The position numbers and the translations under genes were made by a program. This document shows positions 54,594 to 64,000 of a stretch of 64,000 bases of DNA, piece after piece. Where the stretch lies: positions 3,328,001-3,392,000 of the forward strand of contig CAWJMB010000002.1 in assembly GCA_963843845.1 (NCBI GenBank), given 5' to 3'. The notes under the pieces are model-generated. The model saw only the letters and a list, made by a program, of their open reading frames with translations, was not told where the DNA came from and did not search any database. Source of the stretch: an uncultured Gemmatimonadaceae bacterium (GTDB taxonomy: Bacteria; Gemmatimonadota; Gemmatimonadetes; Gemmatimonadales; Gemmatimonadaceae). Position 1 is the first letter of the stretch. Every line of letters starts with the position of its first letter.

Positions 54594-55929
54594 TCAGCGG
54601 CGCGCCCCGTTCCCCATCCCGTCCAGCTGCTGGATCGTCGCCGTCGACGCCGCGCGCTCCTTCCTCGCCCTCGCCGACACGACCTCGGCTCTCCGCAGCG
54701 CTCGCAGCACGTTCCCGCTCGCCACCTTCGCGAGCTCCGCGTCCGTCCACCCGCGCCGCATCAGCTCCATGAAGAGCAGGGGGTAGCCGCTGACGTCGGT
54801 CATGCCCTGCGGCAGGTTCGACGTTCCGTCGTAGTCGCCGCCGAGCCCGACGTGGTCGACGCCGGCGACCTTGCGAATGTGGTCGACGTGATCGGCGACG
54901 TCCTTCGCCGTCACGACCGGCGTCGGGTGCGCCGCGTCCCAGCGCCGCAGTGCCGCGGCCGTCGCCGCGGAGTCGGTGCTCGCACGCCGCAGCCGCTCGG
55001 CCTCCGTCTCGCGCGCGCGGTCGTGATCGTAGACCGCCTGCGAGAGGAACGACGGCACGAACGTCACCATGACGACGCCGCCATTTCCTGGCAGACGGCG
55101 CAGGATCGAGTCGGGCACGTCGCGCGGGTGGTCGACGAGCGCGCGCGCCGACGAGTGCGAGAAGATCACCGGCGCCTCGCTCGCGTCGAGCGCATCGCTC
55201 ATCGTGCCCGGCGAGACGTGCGACAGGTCGACGAGCATGCCGAACCGGTTCATCTCGCGCACGACCTCCCTGCCGAACGCGCGTGAGCCCGCCGTGCTTC
55301 GGCGCGTCGAGCGCCGCGTCGGCCCAGTCGAGCGTCACGTTGTGCGTGAGCGTCATGTAGCGCACGCCGAGGTCGTAGTAGGTGCGGAGGAGCGAGAGCG
55401 AGTTGTCGATCGCGTGCCCGCCTTCCATGCCGAGGAACGACGGGACCCTGCCGGCGCGGAACGCCGGCATCACGTCGGCCGCGCGGAGCGCGAGCGTCAT
55501 CCGGTCCGGATACCGCGCGATGACGCGCCGCGCGACGTCGATCTGCTCGAGCTGCACGCGCGCGTACGCGGGCCGGTCGACCACGACGCCGTTCGGCGCG
55601 AACGCGGGGTCGCTCGTCTCGCCGGGGATGTAGACCGACCAGAACTGCCCGCCGAGCAGGCCCTTCGCCATGCGCGCGAAGTCGGTCTGTCCCGGGGTCG
55701 TCGTTCGCAGATCGTACGCGTCGACGTCGAGCACTCCGTTCTGACCGGCGCGCACGCCGGCCTCGCGGATCGCCCACGGCAGGTCGTTGTGCCCGTCGAC
55801 GAGCGGCGTCGCGCGGAGCAGTCGCCCGACGCGCGCGCGGAGAGCCGCGTCGCTCGGCGGGGTGTGCTGCGCGGCGACGGACGTGGCGGACACGAGAGCG
55901 GCGGCGAGGGCGAGCGTGGCGTGACGCAT
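54594..55929 (-). CDS. membrane (renal-type, M19) dipeptidase; frameshift near 55280
   Basis: [46 protein letters not shown]. Confidence 0.93.
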
Positions 55930-55969
55930 GAGGCGCGGTGAGAGGAGTCGGGCGAAAGCTACGCCGCGC

Positions 55970-55998
55970 GCAACCCTTTCCGCGATGTCGTTGTCTGA
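55970..55998 (+). promoter_or_regulatory. putative ECF promoter (copy 3)
   Basis: GCAACC-ctttccgcgatgtcgtt(17)-GTCTGA upstream of the PadR gene. Confidence 0.65.
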
Positions 55999-56038
55999 CC
56001 GGCTACGTCCCTTCCCCGGAACAATTCTGGTGAGACTC

Positions 56039-56374
56039 ATGCCGGCGTCCGACCTCGACCTGCTGCAGGGCACGCTCGACGTGCTCGTCCTGAAATCCCT
56101 CCTCTTCGGCCCGCGCCACGGCTACGCCGTCGCGCGCTGGATCAGCGACACCTCCGACGCCGCGCTCACCGTCGAGGACCGCGCGCTCTACGTCGCGCTG
56201 CACCGACTCGAGGACCGGGGCTGGGTGTCGGCCGAGTGGGGGCTGTCGGAGAACAACCGGCGCGCGAAGTACTACCGATTGACCGCGGCCGGCCGCCGGC
56301 AGCTCGGCGCCCAGACGACGCGCTGGACGCGCTACGCCGAGGCCGTGTTCAAGGTCCTCGCCGCGACCGCCTGA
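56039..56374 (+). CDS. PadR family transcriptional regulator (acidobacterial type)
   Basis: LLQGTLDVLVLK..GPRHGY..LYVALHRLE..EWGLSENNRRAKYYRLT. Confidence 0.95.
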   Translation: MPASDLDLLQGTLDVLVLKSLLFGPRHGYAVARWISDTSDAALTVEDRALYVALHRLEDRGWVSAEWGLSENNRRAKYYRLTAAGRRQLGAQTTRWTRYAEAVFKVLAATA

Positions 56375-56389
56375 CGCGAGGCGACGACG

Positions 56390-59044
56390 ATGCTCTTCGA
56401 CCGCACCGTTCGGCGGCTCTTCCGCCTTCCGGCGTCCGCGCACCAGCTCCGCGACGACGTCGACGCCGAAGTCGCGTTCCATCTCGACGCGCGCGTGCAC
56501 ACGCTCGTCGCGCAGGGGCTCGCTCCCGGCGCCGCGCGGGCGCAGGCGGCGCGCGAGTTCGGCGACGTGCGCGCCGCGCGCGCCGAGCTGCACGCCATGA
56601 GCCGCACCCGGGCCGAGCGCGCGCGGCACGGCGAGCTGTGGAGCGGCGTCGCGCACGACGTGCGCTTCGCCGCCCGCTCGCTCCGCCGCCGCCCCCTCTT
56701 CCTCCTCGCCGCCGTGACGACGCTCGCGTTAGGCATCGGCGCGAGCGTCGCGATCTTCTCCGTCGTGAACGGCGTGCTGCTCACGCCGCTGCCCTACGCC
56801 GCGCCCGGCCGCCTCGTCCGCGTGTGGCGCGGCGGCGCCGTGCCGTTAGGCATCTACGACATCGTCCGCGAACGGAGCCGCTCCTACTCGGCGCTCGCCG
56901 GCGCGGAGATGCCGGGCGCGGTGTCGGTCACCGGCGACCTCGCGCCGGCGCGACTCGCGCGCGCCCGCGTGACGCCGAACCTGTTCGGCACGTTGGGCGT
57001 GCGCCCGCTCGTCGGCCGCACGTTCGCGGAGGAGGACCGCGAGCTCGGGCGCGAGCGAACGGTCGTGCTCTCCCACGCGCTCTGGCGGGAGCGCTACGGC
57101 GGCGACCGCAACGTCGTCGGCCGCTTCATGACGATCGACGGCGTGGCGCACGCGATCGTGGGCGTGATGCCGTCGTCGTTCCGCTACCCGGACGGCGCCA
57201 CGCGGCTGTGGACCGTGTCGAGCGCCGAGCGCGGAACGCCGGACTACTGGTGGATGACCTACATGCAGCTCGTCGGGCGGCTCGCGCCCGGCGTGACGCC
57301 CGCGCAGGCGCAGCGCGAGGCGGCGCGCGTGTTCGACGGCGCGCGGAGCGCCTTCCCCATGCGGATGGCAGACGAGTGGGGACGCGACGTCGACGTCGTG
57401 TCGCTGCGCGACGCGGTCATCGGCACGTCGCGCCCCACGCTGCTGCTGCTCTCGGCCGCGGTCGGGGTGCTGCTGCTCGTCGCGTGCGTGAACGTCGCGA
57501 CGCTCTACGTCGACCGCGCGGCGGCGCGCGAGCGTGAGCTGGCGGTGCGCGCGTCGATCGGGGCGGGGCGGGGACGGATCGCGCGGCAGCTCCTGACCGA
57601 GAGCCTGCTCGTCGCATCGGTCGGCGCCGCGGCCGGGCTGGCCCTCGCGGCGGCGGGGCTGCGTGGATTCGTCGCGCTCCTCCCGCCGGGAACGCCGCGC
57701 GCCGAGGAGATCGGGATCGACGTGCGCGCCCTCGGCGTGACGGTCGCGCTCGCCGTCGTGAGCGGTGTCGCCTTCGGGCTGCTGCCGGCGCGGCGCGCCG
57801 CGCGGCAGGACGTGCACACGGTGCTGCGCGGCGGCGCGCGGGCCGGTGACGCGCGCGGCCCGCGACGGGCACCGCGCGTGCTCGCCGTCGCGCAGATCGG
57901 ACTCGCCGTCGTGCTCGTCGCGTCGGCCGGGCTGCTGCTCAAGAGCTTCTGGCGACTGCGGCAGGTGGAGCTCGGCTTCGGCGCGGAACGCGTCCTCACG
58001 GCGGAGGTGCCGGCGCCGGCCGTCACGAGCGACACGACGGCGCGCGTGCGGGCGTTCTACACCCAGGTGCTCGAGCGAGTCGAGCATCTCCCGGGCGTGC
58101 GGAGCGCCGCGCTCACGAACGGGCTGCCGTTCGGTGGCGGCGCGTACATGACGGCGATGGCCGTCGAGGACCACCCCACCGCCGACGGCGCGCCGCCGCC
58201 GCTCCCGATCGTCACGTGGGCGACGAGCGACTATCTGCGCACGTTGGGCGTCCCGCTCCGGCGGGGGCGCGCGCTCGCGACGACCGACGGCGAGGGGACA
58301 CCGCGCGTCGCGGTGATCGACGACGAGGCCGCGCGAACGCTGTGGCCCGGGGAGAACCCGATCGGGCGCCGCATTCGCTACGTCTGGAACCAGCAGTGGA
58401 TCGAGGTCGTCGGCGTCGTCGGCACGGTACGGCGCGACAGCCTGAGCGCGGCGCTGCAGCCGTCGCTCTACGTGCCGCTGTCACAGGCACCGCTCCCCGC
58501 GACGCTGCGCGTGGTCGTGCGCGCCGACGCGTCGCTCGACGCGGCGGCGTTCGGGCGCGCGCTGCGGGCGGCGGTCGCGGCCACCGACGCCTCGGTCCCC
58601 GTCGGCCCGATCACGTCGCTCGATCGCGCCGTCTCGACCTCGGCCGCGCGGCCGCGCTTCACGGCCGCGCTGATCGCGGCGTTCGCGGTCGCCGCGCTCG
58701 CGCTGGGCGCGGTCGGGATCTACGGCGTGGTCGCGGCGGGCGTGGCGCGGCGGCGGCGCGAGTTCGGGGTGCGGATCGCGCTCGGCGCGACGGCGGCGCA
58801 GGTGGTGCGGCTCGTCGTGCGGGAGGGAGCCGCCGTCACGGCGCTCGGCGTGCTCTTCGGGCTCGTGGGCACGCTCGCGGCGGGGCGGCTGCTCCGCGGG
58901 CTGCTGTTCGCCGTGGGGCCGACCGACCCGGTCGTGCTGCTCGCGGTGCCGGTGCTGCTGGGCGCGGTGGCGATGCTCGCGAGCCTGGTTCCGGCGCGGC
59001 GCGCGGCGCGCGTCGATCCCAGTACGGTCATCCGGGCGGATTGA
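56390..59044 (+). CDS. ADOP family duplicated ABC permease with N-terminal prefix domain
   Basis: DDVDAEVAFHLD..AAREFGDV prefix; LVACVNVATL, RRRREFGVRIALGA, PARRAARVDP; lies downstream of PadR. Confidence 0.93.
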   Translation: MLFDRTVRRLFRLPASAHQLRDDVDAEVAFHLDARVHTLVAQGLAPGAARAQAAREFGDVRAARAELHAMSRTRAERARHGELWSGVAHDVRFAARSLRRRPLFLLAAVTTLALGIGASVAIFSVVNGVLLTPLPYAAPGRLVRVWRGGAVPLGIYDIVRERSRSYSALAGAEMPGAVSVTGDLAPARLARARVTPNLFGTLGVRPLVGRTFAEEDRELGRERTVVLSHALWRERYGGDRNVVGRFMTIDGVAHAIVGVMPSSFRYPDGATRLWTVSSAERGTPDYWWMTYMQLVGRLAPGVTPAQAQREAARVFDGARSAFPMRMADEWGRDVDVVSLRDAVIGTSRPTLLLLSAAVGVLLLVACVNVATLYVDRAAARERELAVRASIGAGRGRIARQLLTESLLVASVGAAAGLALAAAGLRGFVALLPPGTPRAEEIGIDVRALGVTVALAVVSGVAFGLLPARRAARQDVHTVLRGGARAGDARGPRRAPRVLAVAQIGLAVVLVASAGLLLKSFWRLRQVELGFGAERVLTAEVPAPAVTSDTTARVRAFYTQVLERVEHLPGVRSAALTNGLPFGGGAYMTAMAVEDHPTADGAPPPLPIVTWATSDYLRTLGVPLRRGRALATTDGEGTPRVAVIDDEAARTLWPGENPIGRRIRYVWNQQWIEVVGVVGTVRRDSLSAALQPSLYVPLSQAPLPATLRVVVRADASLDAAAFGRALRAAVAATDASVPVGPITSLDRAVSTSAARPRFTAALIAAFAVAALALGAVGIYGVVAAGVARRRREFGVRIALGATAAQVVRLVVREGAAVTALGVLFGLVGTLAAGRLLRGLLFAVGPTDPVVLLAVPVLLGAVAMLASLVPARRAARVDPSTVIRAD

Positions 59045-59067
59045 TCGGGCCGGGGTCGGTGGGGCCG

Positions 59068-62000
59068 TCAATCCCCCGCCGGCTCCGGCGCCGCCATCCC
59101 GTGCGCCGCCGCCGGCCGTCGGCCGCGGATGCGCGCGCCGAGCCACGTGCGCCACCCGTCGAGGATCTCGTAGACGGTCGGGATCACGAACAGCGTCAGC
59201 AGCGTCGAGGTGATCGTGCCGCCGATGACCGCGCGCCCCAGCGGCGCCCGGAAGTCCGCCCCCTCGCCGAGTCCGAGCGCCACGGGGATCATGCCGGCGA
59301 TGAGCGCGAGCGTCGTCATCATGATCGGGCGCAGCCGGATCGCGCCCGCCTCGATCAGCGCGTCGCGCACCGACAGTCCGCGCGACTCGCGCGTCCATTT
59401 CGCGAAGTCGATGAGCAGGATCGCGTTCTTCGCGACGATCCCCATGAGCAGGATCACGCCGATGAGGCTCATGATGTTCAGCGTGTCGCCGGTGATGAGG
59501 AGCGCGAGCACGACACCGATGAGCGACAGCGGCAGCGACATGAGGATCGCGAGCGGGTCGAGGAAGCTGCCGAACTGCACGACGAGGATGAGGTACATGA
59601 GCATCACGGCGATGCCGATCGCCGTCGCGAAGCTGCCGAACACTTCGTTCTGACTCTTCACCTGGCCGCCGGCGACGATCTCGTAGCCGGGGGGCAGCCG
59701 CACGTCGCGCAACCGCTCCTGCGCCGCCCGCGTCACGTCGCCCAACGGCCGTTCGACGTTCGCGCCGATCGTGATGACCTTCTGCCGCTGGAAGTGGTCG
59801 ATCTGCGCCGGCCCCTCGCTCGGCGCGATGGTCGCGACCTGGCCCAATCTGACGACCGTCGGTCCCGCCGGGGCGCCCGTCGCCCCGACGGCCGCCGGCG
59901 TCGTCAGCGCGAGCGGGATGTTCGCGAGGTCGGCGGCGTTCTCGCGCGACCCGGACGGCAGGCGCACGCGCACGTACCGCGTCTCGCCGCTCGGGTCGAC
60001 CCAATTCCCAGCGTCGACGCCGGCGAAGGCGGGGCGGAGCGCCTGCGCGATCTGCCCGACGCTGATGCCCAACGTCCCGGCGAGCCCGCGGTTGATCGCG
60101 ACCCGCAGCTCGGGCTTCTGCCCCTTCGTCGACAGCCCCACGTCGACGGCGCCGGGCGTGGCGCGCACGATCGTCGCGAGCGAGTCGGCGAGGCGCGTCA
60201 GCGTCGTCGCGTCGGGCCCCTGGAGCTGCAGCTGCAACGGCTTCATCCCGCCGCCGGGGCCGCCCGCCTCGAGCAGATAGGCCGTCACCGTGCCGACGCG
60301 GCGCAGCTCGCCGCGAATGACGCGGCCGAAGTCGGTCTGACCGATCGCGCGCTCCGCCTTCGGGACGAGTCGCACGTAGACCGACGCGACGTCGACGGCG
60401 CCGGAGCCCGACGCGCTGCCGACCGTGGTGTACGTGTAGCGGACTTCCTCGTGCGTGCGGATCAGCGCCGCGATCTGCTCCGCCTGCACGCGCGTGTACT
60501 CGAGGCTCGAGCCCGGCGGCGTCTCGACGCTGACCGTCAGCTCGCTGCGGTCGCTGTCCGGTGTGAAGCCGAAGCCGCCCAGCGTCACCTGCAGCCCGAT
60601 GGCGGCGACGAACGTCGCGACCGCGATCGCGACCATCGTCTTGCGGTGATCGAGCGCCCACGCGACGCCGTGGCGGTAGCGGTTCGCGAGGCGGTCGAAC
60701 CAGACGTTGAAGCGGTCGAGCGCGCGCGAGATCGGGTTCTTCCGCTCGTGCGCCTCGATCTGCGGATCGGCCCAGTACGCGGAGAGCATCGGGTCGAGCG
60801 AGAACGACACGAACAGCGACACGAGCACGGCGAACGCGATCGTCAGCGCGAACGGCTTGAACCACTGCCCCGCGAAGCCCCCCATGAAGCCGACCGGCAC
60901 GAACACCGCGACGATCGAGAACGTCGTCGCCGCGACGGCGACGCCGATCTCGTCGGTGCCCTCGTGCGACGCCTCGAGGTGGTCTTTCCCCATCTCGATG
61001 TGCCGGACGATGTTCTCCCGCACGACGATCGCGTCGTCGATGAGAATGCCGATCGCGAGCGAGAGGCCGAGCAGCGACATCGTGTTCAGCGTGAAGCCGA
61101 GCATCCAGAGCGGGACGAACGACGCGAGCACCGAGACCGGGAGCGCGAGCCCGGTGATGACCGTCGAGCGCCACGAGTTCAGGAACAGGAAGACGACGAG
61201 CACCGTGAGCGCCGCGCCTTCGAGGAGCGTGCGCTGCACGTCGTCGACCGACCGCTCGACGCGCTCGCCGGCATCGCGCACGATCTCGATCGTCGTGCCG
61301 GCGGGCATCGCGGCGCGGAGGCGCGGCAGGACGGCCTTGACCCCGTCGGCGACCTGCGTCGTGCTGTACCCTTTCGACTTCACGACGTCGAGCCCGATCG
61401 CCTCGCGGCCGTTGTAGAGCGCGGCGGAGCGCCGCTCCGCGGACCCGGCCACGACGGCGGCCACCTGGCCCAACGGAATCGCGACCCCCCCGCGCTGCGC
61501 GACGGTGAGGCGCGCGAAATCGTCAGGCGTGGACAGTCGCCCCTCGAGGCGGATGGAGCGCTCGGTGAGCGGCCCCGTCACGCTCCCGACCGGCGCGGCG
61601 AGGTTCTGCGCGCGCAGCGCCGCGACGACCTGGTCGACCCCGACCCCCGACGACGCGAGCCGGGTCGGGTCGAGCACGACGTTCAGCGTCGCGCTGTCGG
61701 CGCCGGCGATGTTCACCTGCGCGACCCCGGCCACCGATCGCATCTCGCCGCCGATCGTCTTGTCGGCGATCTCGGTCAGCTCCGACGGCGTGAGCGTCGT
61801 CGACGTCAGCGCGAGCGACAGGATCGGCTGCGACGACGGGTCGAACCGCTGCACGATCGGCTCGATGATCTCGGTCGGGAGCTGCGCTCTCACGGCGGAG
61901 ATCGCGTCGCGCACGTCCTGCGTCGCCTGGTCGGTCGGCGAGCCGAACTTGAACTGCGCGATGATCTGCGCGAATCCGTCGGTCGACGTCGAGCGCAGCT

Positions 62001-62235
62001 CGTCGAGCCCGCTGATGCCCGAGAGGCGGTCCTCGATCCGGTCGACGACCTCGCGCTCGACCTGATCGGGCGACGCGCCGGGATACGCGATCCCGACGAA
62101 GACGATCGGGGCGTCGATGTCGGGGAACTCGTCGGTCTGCAGCCGCATGAGCGCGGCGAGGCCGAACACGACGAGAGAGAGCATGACGACGACCGTGATG
62201 ATCGGTCGCCGGATCGCGAAGTCGGAGATGAACAT
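59068..62235 (-). CDS. RND efflux transporter permease (AcrB/HAE1-like)
   Basis: MFISDFAIRRP, YPGASP, GILIDDAIVVREN, GIVAKNAILLIDF, RLRPIMMTT. Confidence 0.96.
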   Translation of the reverse strand: MFISDFAIRRPIITVVVMLSLVVFGLAALMRLQTDEFPDIDAPIVFVGIAYPGASPDQVEREVVDRIEDRLSGISGLDELRSTSTDGFAQIIAQFKFGSPTDQATQDVRDAISAVRAQLPTEIIEPIVQRFDPSSQPILSLALTSTTLTPSELTEIADKTIGGEMRSVAGVAQVNIAGADSATLNVVLDPTRLASSGVGVDQVVAALRAQNLAAPVGSVTGPLTERSIRLEGRLSTPDDFARLTVAQRGGVAIPLGQVAAVVAGSAERRSAALYNGREAIGLDVVKSKGYSTTQVADGVKAVLPRLRAAMPAGTTIEIVRDAGERVERSVDDVQRTLLEGAALTVLVVFLFLNSWRSTVITGLALPVSVLASFVPLWMLGFTLNTMSLLGLSLAIGILIDDAIVVRENIVRHIEMGKDHLEASHEGTDEIGVAVAATTFSIVAVFVPVGFMGGFAGQWFKPFALTIAFAVLVSLFVSFSLDPMLSAYWADPQIEAHERKNPISRALDRFNVWFDRLANRYRHGVAWALDHRKTMVAIAVATFVAAIGLQVTLGGFGFTPDSDRSELTVSVETPPGSSLEYTRVQAEQIAALIRTHEEVRYTYTTVGSASGSGAVDVASVYVRLVPKAERAIGQTDFGRVIRGELRRVGTVTAYLLEAGGPGGGMKPLQLQLQGPDATTLTRLADSLATIVRATPGAVDVGLSTKGQKPELRVAINRGLAGTLGISVGQIAQALRPAFAGVDAGNWVDPSGETRYVRVRLPSGSRENAADLANIPLALTTPAAVGATGAPAGPTVVRLGQVATIAPSEGPAQIDHFQRQKVITIGANVERPLGDVTRAAQERLRDVRLPPGYEIVAGGQVKSQNEVFGSFATAIGIAVMLMYLILVVQFGSFLDPLAILMSLPLSLIGVVLALLITGDTLNIMSLIGVILLMGIVAKNAILLIDFAKWTRESRGLSVRDALIEAGAIRLRPIMMTTLALIAGMIPVALGLGEGADFRAPLGRAVIGGTITSTLLTLFVIPTVYEILDGWRTWLGARIRGRRPAAAHGMAAPEPAGD

Positions 62236-62277
62236 GCGATGCAATCTGTGGCGGAGGCGGTGCCACCGCCGCCGCTG

Positions 62278-62306
62278 CAAACCCTCTCGGCCGACCGGCT
62301 GTCAGA
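62278..62306 (+). promoter_or_regulatory. putative ECF promoter (copy 4)
   Basis: CAAACC-ctctcggccgaccggct(17)-GTCAGA upstream of the DUF4097 gene. Confidence 0.6.
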
Positions 62307-62335
62307 TCGTGCGACTCTCGTGGAGAACTCGATCC

Positions 62336-63156
62336 GTGCCGACGCGCCGACTGCTCTCGCTCCTGCTCCTCCTCCCGGCCGCGGTGACCGTGGCGAACGC
62401 CCAGCGCACGGACCGATCGCCGCGCGACTGGCTCGACGACTGCCGGTCGGGGCGACCGGGCTGGGGCGACGATCGCGCCCGTTCGTGCGAGCTGCGCGAC
62501 ATCACGATCCCCGCGCGCGGGCGCGTGACGGTGAGCGGCGGCGAGAACGGCGGCGTCAGCGTCACACGGGTGGGACCGCGACGAGATCCGTGTCGTCGCG
62601 AAGCTGCAGGGCACCGCGCCGCTCGCGCGCCGACGCCGACCGGCTGCTGCGCGACGTCGAGGTGCGGACGGACGGCGAGATCCGCGCCGATGGTCCGCGC
62701 GCCGGCCGCGACGAGCACTGGTCGGCGACGTTCGAGCTGTGGGTGCCGCGCCGCACCGACCTCGCCCTCGAGGCGAACAACGGCGGCATCGCGATCGACG
62801 CCGTGCGCGGCGACATCCGCTTCCGCACGACGAACGGCGGCGTCTCCCTCGACGGACTCGGCGGGACGGTGCGCGGCGAGACGCAGAACGGCGGGCTCGC
62901 CGTGACGCTCTCGGGCACGCGGTGGGATGGCGCGGGACTCGACGCGGGGACGCACAACGGCGGCGTCTCGGTGAACGTGCCGTCGAGCTACAACGCGGAC
63001 CTCGCGACGGGCACCGTGAACGGCGGACTGAGCATCGACTTCCCGGTCACGGTCGGTGGACGCATCGGCCGCTCCATCGAGACGCGGCTCGGTGCCGGCG
63101 GAACGCCGATCCGCGTGCGGACGACGAACGGCGGCGTGCGGGTCCGGCGGTACTGA
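62336..63156 (+). CDS. exported DUF4097 beta-strand repeat protein; frameshifts about 62565-62630
   Basis: Signal peptide; repeated NGG units (ANNGGIAI, TTNGGVSL, TQNGGLAV, THNGGVSV, TVNGGLSI, TTNGGVRV). Confidence 0.85.
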
Positions 63157-63224
63157 GACGGCGGGTCGTCCTGCCGTTCGGTGATGAGTCCCGCCGTTCC
63201 GCCGTCAGTACCCGAGCGACCCGA

Positions 63225-63926
63225 TCAGCCCACCCGGTAGCCGCACTTCCGCACGGTGAGCAGGTGCTGCGGCTTCGCCGGGTCCGCCTCGAGCTTCCGT
63301 CGGAGCTCGAGGATGTGCGTGTCGACCGTGCGGCTCGTGACGCTCGCGTCGTAGCCCCAGACCTCGCGCAGCAGATCGTGCCGCGTCGCCACGGCGCCGT
63401 CGCGGCGCAGCAGCGCGACGAGCAGCTCGTACTCCTTCGGGCGCAGCGGGACCGGGCGCCCGTCGCGGGTGACGGCGTGCGTCGCGAGACTCACCTCGAC
63501 CGCGCCGAAGCCGACCGTCTCCGTTGCAACTGACGCGCGCGCCGAGCGGCGGAGCAGCGCCTCGACGCGGGCGAGCAGCTCGAGGAGGCCGAACGGCTTC
63601 GTCACGTAGTCGTCGGCGCCGACGCGCAGCCCCCGTACCTTGTCGGCCTCGTCGCCCAACGCGGTGAGCACGAGCACCGGCATCGCGTTCCCCGCCGCGC
63701 GCAGCGCGCGCAGCACGCGGAAGCCGTCGGCATCGGGGAGCATGAGGTCGAGGATGACGAGGTCGGGCCGGCGCGCGCGTGCCGCGTCGAGCCCCGCCGC
63801 GGCGTCGTGCGCGACGACGACGTCGTAGCCCTCGAACTCGAGGTTGTGGCGCAGCCCGGCCGCGAGCGCGTCGTTGTCCTCGATGACGAGGATGCGCGAG
63901 GCGCTCGGGCCGCCGCCCGCGGTCAC
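63225..63926 (-). CDS. OmpR/PhoB family response regulator
   Basis: ILVIEDN, ILDLMLP, GADDYVTKPF, wHTH LRPKEYELL..VWGY..SRTVDTHILELRRKLE. Confidence 0.95.
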   Translation of the reverse strand: MTAGGGPSASRILVIEDNDALAAGLRHNLEFEGYDVVVAHDAAAGLDAARARRPDLVILDLMLPDADGFRVLRALRAAGNAMPVLVLTALGDEADKVRGLRVGADDYVTKPFGLLELLARVEALLRRSARASVATETVGFGAVEVSLATHAVTRDGRPVPLRPKEYELLVALLRRDGAVATRHDLLREVWGYDASVTSRTVDTHILELRRKLEADPAKPQHLLTVRKCGYRVG

Positions 63927-64000
63927 GCGACCTCCACGATCGCGTGCGCGATCGGCACTCGCTCGACGGACGCCCCCTCGACGGAGGCGCGCCCTCGCAC
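63923..64000 (-). CDS. 3' end of an upstream gene (possibly the cognate sensor kinase), partial
   Basis: Open frame ending ..PIAHAIVEVA* with TGA overlapping the regulator GTG. Identity inferred from context only. Confidence 0.4.
   Translation of the reverse strand: MRGRASVEGASVERVPIAHAIVEVA

Overview
This is a very GC-rich (roughly 74-75% by eye) bacterial chromosomal segment. The gene content suggests Gemmatimonadota, Gemmatirosa-like (inference from the many ADOP/MacB-type permeases, acidobacterial-type PadR, TonB_C proteins and the ECF/anti-sigma/HEAT locus). I saw no rRNA, tRNA, CRISPR array, transposase or phage gene. Main blocks: (1) ABC exporter pair, CsbD, a DUF5916-type protein and two TonB_C proteins; (2) an exported YncE/rhodanese/SCO cluster, a NarX/NarL-type two-component system and an S8 protease; (3) a 16-kb minus-strand envelope/efflux locus (adaptor, 2 ATPases, 4 duplicated MacB-like permeases, sigma54 activator and kinase) divergent from htrA; (4) a fatty-acid hydroxylase and a PAS-GGDEF-EAL protein; (5) M28 peptidase-bacteriophytochrome-heme oxygenase, then ECF sigma-anti-sigma-HEAT-HEAT; (6) GH15, aldo-keto reductase, nitrilase, a cytochrome b/Mo-oxidoreductase pair, dipeptidase, PadR-ADOP, an orphan RND pump, DUF4097 and an OmpR regulator. 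About 13 genes carry frameshifts, most likely assembly indels. The most interesting signals are non-coding: an ECF-type promoter (AACC-N17-GTCHRA) in front of four loci, three sigma54-like promoter modules with near-identical spacing and atypical -12 boxes, a strongly recurring GTTRGGC heptamer, and a 128-bp element with perfect 31-bp inverted repeats. All calls come from reading the sequence; no searches were run.
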